Below, one piece after another: positions 37,808-51,039 of a stretch of 64,000 nucleotides of DNA (within the stretch, counting starts at the first letter, position 1; the number at the start of each line of letters is the position of its first letter). The translations under genes and the position numbers were made by a program. Source of the stretch: Leucoraja ocellata (lineage: Eukaryota); NCBI GenBank assembly GCA_036785375.1, contig JAWMAR010000402.1, positions 744,001-808,000 of the forward strand. Reading direction: 5' to 3'. The notes beneath the pieces were generated by a model that ran no database searches, had not been told where the DNA came from, and saw only the letters and a program-made list of their open reading frames with translations.

Positions 37808-40800
37808 ATAGATACATAGATACATAGAAAATAGGTGCAGGAGTAGGCCATTCGGACCTTCGAGCCGGCACCGCCATTCAATATGATCATGGCTGATCAT
37901 CCAACTCAGTATCCGTACCTGCCTTCTCTCCATACCCACTGATCATAGAAATTAGGTGCAGGAGTAGGCCATTAGGCCCTTCGAGCCTGCACCGCCATTC
38001 AATATGATCATGGCTGATCCCTTTAGCCACAAGGGCCACATCTAACTCCCTCTTAAATATAGCCAATGAACTGGCCTCAACTACCCTCTGTGGCAGATAG
38101 TTTTAGAGATTCACCACTCTGTGTGAAAAATGTTTTTCTAATCTCGGTCTTAAAGGATTTCCCCCTTATCCTTAAGCTGTGACCCCTTGTCCTGGACTTC
38201 CCTAACATCGGGAACTATCTTCCTGCATCTAGCCTGTCCAACCCCTTAAGAATTTTGTACGTTTCTATAAGATCCCCCCTTAATCTCCTAAATTCTAGCG
38301 AGTATAAGCCGAGTCTACCCAGTCTTTCTTCATATGAAAGTCCTGACATCCCAGGAATCAGTCTGGTGAACCTTCTCTGTACTGCCTCTATGGCAATAAT
38401 GTCCTTCCTCAGTTTTGGAGACCATAACTGTACGCAATACTCTAGGTATGGTCTCACCAAGACCCTGTACAACTGCAGTAGAACCTCCCTGCTCCTATAC
38501 TCAAATCCTTTTGCTATGAAAGTTAACATACCATTCGCTTTCATCACTGCCTGCTGCATCTGCATGCCTACTTTCAATGACTGGTGTACCATGACACCCA
38601 GGTCTCGTTGCATCTCCCCTTTTCCTAATCGGCCACCATTTAGATAATAGTCTGCTTTCCTGTTTTTGCCACCAAAGTGGATAACCTCACATTTATCCAC
38701 ATTATAATGCATCTGCCAAACATTTGCCCACTCACCCAGCCTATCCAAGTCACCTTGCAGTCTCCTAGCATCCTCCTCACAGCTAACACTGCCCCCCAGC
38801 TTAGTGTCATCCGCAAACTTGGAGATGTTGCCTTCAATTCCCTCATCCAGATCATTAATATATATTGTAAATAGCTGGGGTCCCAGCACTGAGCCTTGCG
38901 GTACCCCACTAGTCACTGCCTGCCATTGTGAAAATGACCCGTTTACTCCTACTCTTTGCTTCCTGTTTGCCAGCCAGTTCTCTATCCACATCAATACTGA
39001 ACCCCCAATACTGTGTGCTTTAAGTTTGTATACTAATCTCTTATGTGGGACCTTGTCGAAAGCCTTCTGAAAGTCCAGATACAACACATCCACTGGTTCT
39101 CCCCTATCTACTCTACTAGTTTTATCCTCGAAAAATTCTATAAGATTCGTCAGACATGATTTACCTTTCGTAAATCCATGCTGATTTTGTCCAATGATTT
39201 CACCATTTTCCAAACACCAACACCACTTCCCGACTAACCTGAATTTCACTCAGTTCTTCCATCTCCTTTGACCCGCGGCCCCCTGCTATTTCCGGCAGAT
39301 TATTTATGTCTTCCTTAGTGAAGACGGAACCAAAGTAGTTATTCAATTGGTCCGCCATATCCTTGTTCTCCATGATCAATTCACCCGTTTCTCACTGCAA
39401 AGGACCCACATTTGTTTTAACTAATCTCTTTCTCTTCACATATCTATAAAAACTTTTGCAGTCAGTTTTTATGTTCCCTGCCGGTTTTCTTTCATAATCT
39501 ATTTTCCCTTTCCTAATTAAGCCCTTTGTCCTCCTCTGCTGGTCTCTGAATTTCTTCCAGTCCTCTGGTATGCAGCTTTTTCTGGCTAATTTGTACGCTT
39601 CATCTTTTGCTTTGATACTATCCCTGATTTCCCTTGTTATCCACGGATGCACTACCTTCGCTGATTTATTCTTTTGCCAAACTGGGATGAACAATTTTTG
39701 TAGTTCATCCATGCAATCTTTAAATGCCTTCCATTGCATATCCACCGTCAACCCTTTTAGAATTAATTGCCAGTCAATCTTGGCCAATTCACGTCTCATA
39801 CCCTCAAAGTTACCTTACTTTAAGTTCAGAACCCTTCCTCATTACTCAATACCCAGTCTAGAATAGCTCGCTCTCTCGTTGGTTCCTCTACATCTTGGTT
39901 TAGAAAACTATCCTGCATACATTCCAAGAAATCCTCTTCCTCAGCACCCCTGCCAATCTGATTCACCCAATTTATATGTAGATTGAAGTCACCCATTATA
40001 ACTGTTTTACCTTTGTTGCACGCATTTCTAATTTCCTGTTTGATGCTATCCCCAACTTCACTACTACTGTTCGGTGGCCTGTACACAACACCCATTTGCG
40101 TTTTCTGCCCCTTAGCGTTTCGCAGCTCTACCCATACCGATTCCACATCCTCCAAGCTAATGTCCTTCCTTTCCATTGCGTTAATCTCCTCTCTAACCAG
40201 CAATGCTACCCCACATCCTTTTCCTTTCTGTCTATCCCTCCTGAATATTGAATCTCCCTGGATGTTCAGCTCCCAGCCTTGGTCACCCTGGAGCCATGTC
40301 TCCGTGATCCCAACTATATCATAATCATTAATAGCTATCTGCACATTCAACTCATCCACCTTATTACGAATGCTCCTTGCATTGAGACACAAAGCCTTCA
40401 GGCTTGTTTTTACAATTATGTTGAAAAGTGGCCCTTTTTGATTTTTGCCCTGGATTTGTCTGCCTGCCACTTTTACTTTTCACCTTGCTACCTATTGCTT
40501 CCACCCCCATTTTACACCCCTCTGTCTCTCTGCTCACCGATTTAAGAACCCCACCACCTCTTATAGTCTGTTTATTATTGTTTTCTTCTTTCCCCCCTAC
40601 ATATTGGGTCTGAGTGCTTTCCTTCTCTGCCTCCTGCCTCACACACTGTCTACTAGCGTTCTCTATTTGAGTCCCTCCCCCCAACCGTTCTAGTTTAAAG
40701 TCTCCCAGTAGCCTTTGCAAATCTCCCCGCCAGGATATTGGTCCCCCTCGGGTTCAAGGGCAACCCATCCTTTTTGTGCAGGTCGCACCTTCCACAAAAG

Positions 40801-40905
40801 AGGTCCCAATGATCCACAAAAGAGGTCCCAATGATCCACAAAAGAGGACCCAATGATCCACAAAAGAGGTCCCAACGATCCACAAAAGAGGTCCCAACGA
40901 TCCAC
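37808..40905 (-). mobile_element. CR1 LINE: ORF1 end plus ORF2 (APE endonuclease and RT) with internal deletions and a doubled 3' end
   Basis: LNARSIRNK, GITETWL, MGDFN, YLDFQKAFDKV, GVPQGSVLGP and KFADDTK motifs; ORF1 esterase-like end KDGLPLNPRG; two tandem 3' UTR copies. Confidence 0.93.
40791..40905. repeat. 22-bp tandem repeat, ~5 copies
   Basis: (tccacaaaagaggtcccaaYga)x5, with no spacers. Confidence 0.92.
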
Positions 40906-41754
40906 TTATTAGCAGCCAGTAGATTAGACCCATTTATACAATCACAGCTCTATTGTTTCTAAATTCTAAAGAGGACAAATTCTTCTCTCAGCTTTGAAAC
41001 GTTCTCCTTAATCAATGTTATCAATCTCCTTCCTTTATTCTCTTTTCTATTTAACCAAATACCATGCATCCAGGTGTATTCCTAATCTTTTTTATCACCA
41101 TTAAGTGCTTTTGCAAGAAATTGTTATCTCAACTGGTTAATTACAACAAAAAAGTCTACACCTCTTGGTTGAGACAGAGGTTTACTTGAATTTCTTCCAA
41201 CCTCACCTGATGCATTCGGTGCTACCGATGTGGCCCCTACAATGGCAAGGTGCTTCCGGTTGCTCGCTATTTTAAATTGCTTTCCCATAAATATCTCTGT
41301 CATCGGCCTCCTCCACTACCATAGTGCAAATGCAAACTGTAAAAACCAGCACCTCATATTCTGCTTGGGCAGCCTAAAACCAAACAAGATGAACATTAGA
41401 ATTTCACCTAAACTGTTCCCCCTTCTCACCCGTTTTGTTTCCCCACTACTTTAGTGCATACCTTTCTCCGATTATACCTATCACCCAGTTCATTTTCTCT
41501 CCTCCTTCTGTTCAGCCCATTTTCTTTTTATCCCTTACGCTTCACCCACTATATTCCTCCATTCCAGTCTTATGTTTCCCTATTTACTTCTTTATTTTGA
41601 ACCCTTTTATCTCCATTTCACCTATGGCCTATTACTGTTTGCACCCAAATGCCAATCAGCCTTCCTCACCTGAATCTACCCAACACTTGCCAGTTTTCAC
41701 TCTACTGCTTCCCCTCGCCTCCTTTTACCACGGTTTTTTTTTGGGGGTTTTTTA

Positions 41755-43695
41755 AACTCCGCAAAAAAGGATATACCAACCGTGTTTTTATTAAAAATTT
41801 ATTTTATACCCCCCGTTACCAGGTCCTGGTAGCCTTTATGTTTTAACTTATTATTGTACCTTATGCTTGTAATAGTTCCATAAATGCAGACCACGTCTTT
41901 TGGAAGTGATCTGCTTTGCCTGCTAGGAGGAGTCTCATCTCTTCCAAGTGTAGTGTTTCGAACATGTTTGAAATCCACATTTTTGTTGTTGGTATTGGAG
42001 CATTTTTCGAAAATTTAAGTATAAGCTTTTTTCCCATTATTAGCCCATAATTAAGTAAGTTCTTTTGAAACATGTTTAATTCTGGGTTACCTTCCGATAT
42101 TCCAAAAATGATCCATTCTACTTTGGGTAGTAGTTTTGTTTTAAATAATTTTGTAAAGATTTCAAATATTTCATTCCAGAATTTTTGAATTTTTATACAG
42201 AAAACAAAAGAGTGTGCTATGTTAGCTTCTTGTGACTGACATTTATCACAAATGGGTGAGACATTGGGGAAAAGTTTATTAATTTTAGTTTTTGAATAAT
42301 ATAGTCTATGTAATGTTTTATATTGGATTAGAGTATGTCGTACGTTGATCGAGCATTTATGCACATATAATAAGTGTTTATCCCAGCTCTCTTTTGAAAT
42401 TTTTATAGCTAGTTCTTGTTCCCAGTCTCTTCTAATATTATCTGTTGTAGGTATTTCTATATTCAATATAATATTATATAAGTATGATATTAGATTTGCT
42501 GATTCAGCCTTTATCTTCATGGCTTCATCTAATAAGTCTGGGGGCATATTATAATAGTCTTTTGTATATTTTTTCAGCTAATCACGATTTGAATATTGAT
42601 TATTTTTCAAGTTATATTTCAGTTGTAATTGTTGAAATGGTAATAATTTCCCTAATTCATACAAGTCTCCGAGCGTTTTGATTCCCGTTCTTTCCCATTG
42701 TGTAAATGATTTATCTATAATTGAGGGTTTAAACGAAGGGTTATTGGCTATTGGCATTAGCAGAGATAGATTTCTTAATTTTAAGTTCTGTTTTATTTGT
42801 TTCCAAGTTCTAATTGTACTATGTATCATTGGATTTTTATTATAATTTTTGTTATTCAAATTCGTTGGTGAGAGGAGAGTCGCTCCTGTATTACCAGGAG
42901 CGCAGTCCTCTCTCTCCATTATAATCCAATTCACCTGCTGGGCAGAGTTGTCCAGCAGGTGAATCATATTTTTAATATTTACCGCCCAATTATAGTACAT
43001 AAAGTTAGGGAGCGCTAGACCACCCATCTCTTTTGGTTTACTAAGGTGTGCTCTTTGTATTCTGTGGGATTTATAATCCCATATAAAATTTGTGATGTCT
43101 GAGTCTAATTTTTTGTAAAAAATTTTTGGAAGATATATTGGAATTGATTGAAATAAATATAGGATTTGTGGTAAAAAGATCATTTTTATAGCATTTATTC
43201 GACCTATTAAAGAATCGGCAGCGTTTTCCAGAATTTAATTAGATTGTTTAATTTCTTAAGTAAGGGGCTATAATTAGCATTAAACATACCGTGGTAATTT
43301 CTAGTGATTTCAATTCCTAAGTTTTTAAATTTTTCTGTAGCTATTTTAAAGGGGAATTTCAAAAGATGTGTTGAGTCTTTCGGTTTTATCGACATAATTT
43401 CACTTTTGTTCCAGTTTATTCTGTATCCTGAGAAAGATCCGAAATCCTCGATTAGGTTTAATATGTTTGGTATACTGATTTGGGGTTTTGTGATATACAG
43501 TAGTACATCATCTGCATATAAAGATATTTTGTTATTTGAATGTTTTGTATTATAACCATAGATGTCAGGATGTGTTATAATTTTTTCAGCTAAAGGTTCA
43601 ATTACCAAAGCGAATAATAGTGGTGATAATGAACACCCTTGTCTATTGCCCCTTGTTAATTGGAATTTCATAGATAGTATATTATTAGTTACCAC
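41755..43695 (-). mobile_element. L1-clade LINE ORF2 3' half, frameshifted
   Basis: RGNRQGCSLSPLLF, LYADDVL, GGLALPNF..Y motifs and C-terminal CDKC...HSFVFC; AT-rich. Confidence 0.88.
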
Positions 43696-43999
43696 GGTGT
43701 TGTACGTGGGAAATTGTGTCTTACAAATCTGATTGAAATTTATGAAATAACTAAAAAGGTTGATGAGGGTCGAAGCTGCAGTCGTTGTCTATATGGACAT
43801 CATTAAAGCATTTGATGTTTACCATCATAGGTTGCTCTGGAAGATTAGATTGCAAAGGATTCAGGGAGAGCTAGCCGACTGGAAAGAGAAATGGTTTCAT
43901 GGAAGTAAGCAGATAGTGATGGTGAAAAGTTGATTCTCGGACCGGAGGCCTGTGACCACTGGTATTCCTTGGAGATCGGTGCTTGGGTTATCACTGTTT

Positions 44000-44775
44000 A
44001 GAACATAGAAACATAGAAACATAGAAATTAGGTGCAGGAGTAGGCCATTCGGCCCTTCGAGCCTGCATCGCCATTCAATATGATCATGGCTGATCATCCA
44101 ACTCAGTATCCCGTACCTGCCTTCTCTCCATACCCCCTGATCCCCTTAGCCACAAGGGCCACATCTAACTCCCTCTTAAATATAGCCAATGAACTGGCCT
44201 CAACTACCCTCTGTGGCAGAGAGTTCCAGAGATTCACCACTCTCTGTGTGAAAAAAGTTCTTCTCATCTCGGTTTTAAAGGATTTCCCCCTTATCCTTAA
44301 GCTGTGACCCCTTGTCCTGGACTTCCCTAACATCGGGAACAATCTTCCTGCATCTAGCCTGTCCAACCCCTTAAGAATTTTGTAAGTTTCTATAAGATCC
44401 CCTCTCAATCTCCTAAATTCTAGAGAGTATAAACCAAGTCTATCCAGTCTTTCTTCATAAGACAGTCCTGACATCCCAGGAATCAGTCTGGTGAACCGTC
44501 TCTGCACTCCCTCTATGGCAATAATGTCCTTCCTCAGATTTGGAGACCAAAACTGTACGCAATACTCCAGGTGTGGTCTCACCAAGACCCTGTACAACTG
44601 CAGTAGAACCTCCCTGCTCCTATACTCAAATCCTTTTGCAATGAAAGCTAACATACCATTCGCTTTCTTTACTGCCTGCTGCACCTGCATGCCTACCTTC
44701 AATGACTGGTGTACCATGACACCCAGGTCTCGCTGCATCTCCCCCTTTCCCAATCGGCCACCATTTAGATAATAA
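44000..44775 (-). mobile_element. Young CR1 LINE 3' fragment
   Basis: Open 216-aa frame with RPHLEYCVQFWSP...GY* and a (tttctatg)n tail. Confidence 0.92.
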
Positions 44776-45429
44776 ATATGGTTTATGGCTTATATGAATG
44801 ATCTAACTCAATTTACAAATTTACAGACATCATCGTGGTGGGTCGGATATTAAATACAGCCTGAACACCGGTTTTCAGGGAACCCTCAGTTCCAGAGCCT
44901 TTCTAGATTATCTATTTTCCCAGGCCAACAGAGGTAACGTGATAATGAAATGATAATACACCCTTGGCCTGCTAATGGCACATTTTCTGTGTCTCTAAAG
45001 CACCATGGAGTGCCAGAAACCTTAAAAAACAAATATAAAATGTAAACAGAATGTAAACGGAATGATGTACTGACTCATCCCCAGCTCCCACCATCTCTCT
45101 GGCCATTTAGAACCCTGGCTCCTGACCCCACTCCCGACTGGCAAGAAGCACCAGTGAGTCCCTCTCACCTGCTGCTGTTTCTTCCTGTCGGCTGTGGCTT
45201 TATCCGCTCCCTGATTGACTACCGCCGCATGCTGCTCTCCTTGCTCTGTCCAGTTGTCCTCTTCCCCCCCCCCCCATCCCACCCTTATCCTCCTTCCACC
45301 GCTACAGCTGAGGCTCTAAACGGCTGGTGAGACGGTGGAGGCTGGGGATGGTCATTCCATTCACATTCACTTTAGAATGCCATCTGAAGCCGCTCAGGGA
45401 ATTTCAAATGAACTCTTGTCCAGATTATA

Positions 45430-46050
45430 GAAGTATAGAAGTTGGGATGTAATGTTAAAATTGTACAAGGCATTGATGAGGCCAATTCTGGAGTATGGTG
45501 TACAATTTTGGTCGCCTAATTATAGGAAGGATGTCAACAAAATAGAGAGAGTACAGATGAGATTTACTAGAATGTTGCCTGGGTTTCAGCAACTATGTTA
45601 CAGAGAAAGGTTGAACAAGTTAGATCTTTATTCTTTGGAGCGCAGAAGGTTAAGGGGGGACTTGATAGAGATTTATAAAATGATGAGAGGGATAGACAGA
45701 GTTGACGTGGATAAGCTTTTCCCACTGAGAGTAGGGAAGATTCAAACAAGAGGACATGACGAGAATGAAGGGACAGAAGCTTAGGGGTAACATGAGGGGG
45801 AACTTCTTTACTCAGAGAGTGGTAGCTGTGTGGAATGAGCTTCCAGTGAAGGTGGTGGAGGCAGGTTCGATTTTATCATTTAAAAATAAATTGGATAGTT
45901 ATATGGACGGGAAAGGAATGAAGGGTTATGGTCTGAGTGCAGGTAGATGGGACTAGGGGAGAATACGTGTTCGGCACGGACTAGAAGGGCCGAGATGGCC
46001 TGTTTCCGTGCTGTAATTGTTATATGGTTATATTATATGGTTATATTATA
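45430..46050 (+). mobile_element. CR1 LINE 3' fragment (second subfamily)
   Basis: RPILEYGVQFWSP and FFTQRVVAVWNELP motifs; (ttatatgg)n tail. Confidence 0.88.
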
Positions 46051-46419
46051 GGGGAGGCTGGACCACCAGTTCACAGAAAATCAGTGTAATGATGAGATGG
46101 AAGCCAGGAAGGAGACTGAGACCTCGTTTCCTGGTGACAAGACAACACTGTTTCCCTCAATATCAGCAAGACAAAGGAGATTGTGATCGGCTTCTGGAAG
46201 CGAAGCAGTACATATGGCCTGGTATACACCCCTGGCCTGCTGATCACACCTCATAGAGGGATCTATTCTAAAGTAGAGCTAGTTGAAAGCTTCAAGTTCT
46301 GAGGAGTAAATATCATCAGCAACTAGTCCTGGGCCAGCCATATTAAAGCAATGGCCAAGAACACACATCAACAGCTATACTCCATAGAACACTTAGGAAG
46401 TTCGGCATGTCATAACGTC

Positions 46420-47050
46420 ATGTGATAGGAGCAGAATTAGGCCATTCGACCCATCAAGTCTATTTCACCATTCAATCATGGCTGATCTATCTCTCTCCTA
46501 ACCTCATTCTTCTGCCTTCTCCCCACAACCCCTGACACCCATACTAATCAAGAATCTATCTGTCTCTGCCTTGAAAATATCCATTGAATTGCCCTCCACA
46601 GCCTTCTGTGGCAAATAAATCCACATATTCACCACCCTCTGACCAAAGAAATTCCTCCTGATCTCCTTCCTAAAGGAACATCCTTTAATTCTGAGGCTAT
46701 GACCTCTAGTCCTGGACTCTCCCACTAGTGGAAACATCCTCTCCACATCCACTCTATCCAAGCTTTTCACTATTCAGTAAGTTTCAATGAGGTCCCCCTC
46801 ATTCTTCTAAACTCCAGCAAGTACAGTCCTAGTGCCGTCAAACGCTTATCATATGTTAACCCACTCATTCCTGGGATCATTCTTGTAAACCTCCTCTGGA
46901 CCCTCTCCAGAGCCAGCACATCCTTCCTCAGATATGGTGCCCAAAATTACTCACAATACTCCAAATGCGGCCTGACCAGCACCTTGTAGAGCCTCAGCAC
47001 TACATCCCTGTTTTTGTGTTCTGGTCCTCTTGAAATAAATGCTAGCATTA
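46420..47050 (-). mobile_element. CR1 LINE 3' fragment (third subfamily)
   Basis: LDRVDVERMFPLVGESRTRGHSL motif. Confidence 0.85.
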
Positions 47051-47983
47051 CGTCTGAACATTCTCACCAACTTCCACAGGTGCGCCATTGAAATAATTTT
47101 AAGGGGATGCATCACAACATGGTTTGGGTAAGCTCTATCCAAGGCAACAAGAAATAGCAGAAAACTGTGGATGCAGCCCAGACCATCACGCAAACCAACC
47201 TCCCTCCCTTTCATTAAATCCATCTACACTTCCAGCTGCCTCGGCAAGACCAGTAGCACAATCAAGGATGAATCTTACACTGGACATTCCTCTTCTCCCC
47301 TCTCCCAACAGGCAAGAGGTAAGAAGTGTGCATCATAGATCATACTGGCATTGCAGTATCACATTCACTCAAATGCCGTTGTCTCAGACCTCCAGTGATT
47401 GGAGCCTGATCCTAGCTTATGGTCTGTGTGGAGTTTACATGTTCTCTCTGCTACTGTGTACATTTTTAGAGGCCCTTCAGCCCACCGAGTCCAGGTAAAT
47501 GACTGATCAACCATTCACATTAGTTCTATATTGTCCTATTTTCTCATGGACTAGACACTAAACACACTAGAAGCAAATTACAGAGCATAATTAACCTACA
47601 AACCCACACGACTGGAATGGAGGAATAAAACGGAGTACCCAGAGGAAACCCACATGGTCACAGGGAGAATGTACAGAAGTATCCGAGGCCAAGATTCAAC
47701 CCAGGTCTCTGGTGCAGTTAGCTCCACAGTGCCTCCCATTTTTTGAGTCAATGAGCATGTGAGAGATAATAGTTTACAGGGAAGTAAAATGGTGGAATGG
47801 GATTGATCATGTTGCTCTTAGAGTCAGCATTAGTTTGATGGGCCAAATGACCTCCTACATCATGATAAATGTGAAATGTTAGCTGATGTTCAAACTCTAA
47901 AACTCATAACTTGAGTTCTTCCAGTCCTGTAGCTGTTGTGATCCAGAGCAGAGGAAACACCACCAACTCCTTGCTTAAAAAGG

Positions 47984-47989
47984 TTTATT
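47984..47989 (-). terminator. Candidate MSH5 poly(A) signal (alternative at 48469-48474)
   Basis: AATAAA on the minus strand followed by a GU-rich tract, gttggtggtgttt. Confidence 0.45.
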
Positions 47990-48579
47990 TAAACTTATTG
48001 GATTCTGGTTCCTGCAAATACGTTTCATCACCGGCACACCTTTAGAATTCATCAGAGCTATTTTCTGGATTTCTTTTAATGATCACAATTCTCTTTTCTC
48101 TGGTGCACTTAAACTCATTTTACTGCACTCCATTTTTGAGCATTCTTCTTGTAAGTGAGAATTTAGGAAAGAGTTCCACTTAGTTTCAAAACATTACCAC
48201 AGTAAATTCACATATGTTTAAACATTCACCTAAACCAGGCATTTTTAAACTATTGCATTGTCAAATCCAAATCAATAATTAAGACATATCTATAATTAAA
48301 AATTACCAACTTTATCCATCCCAACTCACGTGGAGATAACTGCAGCATCGCCAAATGTTTTAATGTTACGATCGACAAATTTACCAGATTGGTCAAACCA
48401 AACCAATTGCTCTCAGTGCAATTTTAATACACTAACCTCAAAGCTTGATCAATTGCAAATCCTAGATTTTTATTTTATCCATTAAAAATCGTTGGGAACG
48501 GAGATAAAATTCTTGAATAGTAACAGTGTGTTCAATATGTTTTAGGTCATGGCCTGAAGCAGCTCAGCAAAATGCCATA

Positions 48580-51000
48580 TCAAACCTCTGACGCTGTATA
48601 TGCCAGAACACTCTTGTTCAAAAATTCCTGTAGATTCACATTAGGATCACTGAGGTCCAATTGAAGGAACGTATCTGCCAATGCTTTGTATGTTTCCAAC
48701 TGGTTTGCTTTTGTAGGACAGTCAAGACGACAAATGGGTTGTCCACTGCGATATAGTTCAGATATCTGTGTCCCTCGCTTCACCACCTCTGGTGGCATCC
48801 CAGCCAGTGTAGCTATATTGGCAGCGTAGCTGTCGGTAGAAACACCGTCCTTTAGCTGGTAGAAAAACACCAGCTCCTCCCCATCCTGTATGGTCTCCAG
48901 CATTAGGTAACGTATTAGGTTAATAGTAGGGAGTAGTTGTAGCTGAACTAAACTATGAAAATTGGTAGATACAAAGATATGCGGGCACTTCACATCTTGC
49001 TGCACCCAATGCCTTAAAACAGCTGCAAGAAGTGATAAGCCATCAACACTGTTGGTTCCTTTTCCAAACTCATCAATTAGTACTAGAGATCTCTCTGTAG
49101 CACTGTTAACTGCAGCAGCCACCTGATTTAAGTCTATGATAAATGTGGAGAGCCCCACAGACACTGATTCACGACTTTGGATCCTCGTGTAAATACCATC
49201 TATTAATCCAATTTCTGCATCTGTGGCAGGTACATAACTACCTATTAGTGCCATGAATACTATTAGGCCAACCTCCTTGAGATATACACTTTTGCCACTG
49301 GAATTTGGACCAGTGAGGATACTTATCTTTCCATGTTCTCCACCAGTACTGATAGGGTTTGAAACAAATGTCCTTGTGCACATTTCCATGAGAGGATGTC
49401 TTCCATCTTTAATATTGATTATATTCTTGCTGGTTAACCTTGGCCTTATATAGGTATTTTCTCGGGCCACAACAGCCATGGCAATTAAGCAATCCAAATG
49501 AGCTGTATATTCCATCACATCGAAAAGAACTGCAGACTTCTCCAAAACCTTTACCTGCAGCTGGTACATGACAGCTGTCTCAAGGTCCCGGATTTCACAA
49601 TGCAAGTCTCCCAACATTGTATCAAGCTCTTTGGTTCTGGCACTTCTATAATGAAGCCTACCCTCGGATAGAAACATGAAATCCAGTCCCTCTATTTCAA
49701 AATCATCCTTGTCTACCATGCTTGGAAGGCGTGGAATAGTGAGAAGAAATCCTATCAGAGGGATGTAGATAACACAGCATGAAGGAATCCTGCTGTCTAG
49801 TAGGGTTAGTTCATTCCTTGCTACTTCAGTTAAGAAATCTGACAGACCCATCAGTTTACGTTTTTTCTCATCTATAGCTGGGTCCACGTTTGGCCGAACA
49901 GTGAATCTGTTCTCCGTATTACTACCTTCAAAATCCACCACTTTTGTTATGAGACTGGCAATATAATGAAGATCATCTGTGAAAGTGTGAGAGATCTTTG
50001 CAAAGAGCTCTACAGATCTGGGCAGGGATGTGCAAGTGTCTCCAATGCACACAGCGTTGTACACTGTCTTATAAAGGGCTTGCCAGTCACTCACTTTGGT
50101 GTACGATAGTGTCATCCTTTTCAGAATTGATGGGACATTTCTGATGTGTTTCAAGCAGTCCTGAAGCGTCTGCACTATCTCAGTGTTTCTTGCCAGCATG
50201 AAAAACTGGATGGCATCCAGCCTCTTGTTCAGCTCCTCCGGGTTTATCGTAGGACGCATGAACCACAGCCTCATCAGCTTTGTCCCCCATTGGGATCTGC
50301 AGCGATTCATAACTCCGAACAAGCTGAGTCCTTCTTTCACCCCTGACGCCAGTTTGTACACAGATGGGTGCACCTCTGACTTAAAAATCTGCAACACGCA
50401 GTAAGCGTCTTGGTCAATGTGAACGATGTCATTAAGGACAAATTTCTTGATTGCCAGGATGGGGACGCTCACGCTGGGATCTTCTAATTCCACTCCAATC
50501 CTCCTCCTCTCTATAAACTTCAGAAGCCCCCCGAGTGCTCGCAACATGGTGGTGCACTCGAATGGGATGATTGCCGCCAGGTACACGATCTTCTCTGCTT
50601 CGGTCAGATGAGAGGGGACAAAGGGCAAGTTGGCAGACAGCACCCGCTGCTTGCTGATATTGAGCCCAAAGTCCACGTTGGGGAAGAGAGCTATTTCTGG
50701 CTTCCCATCCTCTCCGTTGTTGGCCGTCCCCATTGCTTGGAGGAAGTCCGCCATAATGTGGTCTTGCTTCGCACTTGTTAAGATGCACCGGGGCTGGATT
50801 TCTTCCAATACTTTCTTCAGCAACTTGAGATCCTGTGAGTCGGGGGTATCGGACATGATGTAAACGGTACAGTCATTTGCGTTGTAGTAAGCGAGCCCGA
50901 GCTGTCCGCTGTGCCACAGGACGCTCGCATACACCTCGGGCTGGGTGGAGGCATCCGCGTCATCCACCACAGCCGTTGTCGGTGGAGCAGAGTTATTCAT
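48580..51000 (-). CDS. MSH5: MutS homolog 5, single-exon ORF, 806 aa
   Basis: Uninterrupted ORF with MSH5-type HPSVYK...[17 protein letters not shown], Walker [12 protein letters not shown] and Walker [10 protein letters not shown]. No mismatch-binding domain I, as expected for MutS-gamma. The ORF-track start at 51027 is GTG; the first in-frame ATG is 51000. Confidence 0.95.
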   Translation of the reverse strand: MNNSAPPTTAVVDDADASTQPEVYASVLWHSGQLGLAYYNANDCTVYIMSDTPDSQDLKLLKKVLEEIQPRCILTSAKQDHIMADFLQAMGTANNGEDGKPEIALFPNVDFGLNISKQRVLSANLPFVPSHLTEAEKIVYLAAIIPFECTTMLRALGGLLKFIERRRIGVELEDPSVSVPILAIKKFVLNDIVHIDQDAYCVLQIFKSEVHPSVYKLASGVKEGLSLFGVMNRCRSQWGTKLMRLWFMRPTINPEELNKRLDAIQFFMLARNTEIVQTLQDCLKHIRNVPSILKRMTLSYTKVSDWQALYKTVYNAVCIGDTCTSLPRSVELFAKISHTFTDDLHYIASLITKVVDFEGSNTENRFTVRPNVDPAIDEKKRKLMGLSDFLTEVARNELTLLDSRIPSCCVIYIPLIGFLLTIPRLPSMVDKDDFEIEGLDFMFLSEGRLHYRSARTKELDTMLGDLHCEIRDLETAVMYQLQVKVLEKSAVLFDVMEYTAHLDCLIAMAVVARENTYIRPRLTSKNIINIKDGRHPLMEMCTRTFVSNPISTGGEHGKISILTGPNSSGKSVYLKEVGLIVFMALIGSYVPATDAEIGLIDGIYTRIQSRESVSVGLSTFIIDLNQVAAAVNSATERSLVLIDEFGKGTNSVDGLSLLAAVLRHWVQQDVKCPHIFVSTNFHSLVQLQLLPTINLIRYLMLETIQDGEELVFFYQLKDGVSTDSYAANIATLAGMPPEVVKRGTQISELYRSGQPICRLDCPTKANQLETYKALADTFLQLDLSDPNVNLQEFLNKSVLAYTASEV

Positions 51001-51039
51001 TGGGGCATTCGTTTTATAATCCTGCACACGTTAGGCTTC

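Noticed and set aside
40791-40905. CRISPR-like repeat array
   Set aside because: Units are contiguous with no spacers, derive from CR1 sequence, and the context is a vertebrate genome.
48580-51000. Bacterial MutS by contamination or horizontal transfer, or MSH5 nested in a COL21A1 intron
   Set aside because: The protein has vertebrate MSH5 signatures and host-repeat flanks. The upstream collagen exons end in a stop codon and belong to a separate gene, so MSH5 appears intergenic, although a distant non-coding COL21A1 exon cannot be excluded.
51001-51027. ORF-track N-terminus MQDYKTNAP of MSH5
   Set aside because: Position 51027 is GTG, not ATG; the first in-frame ATG is at 51000.
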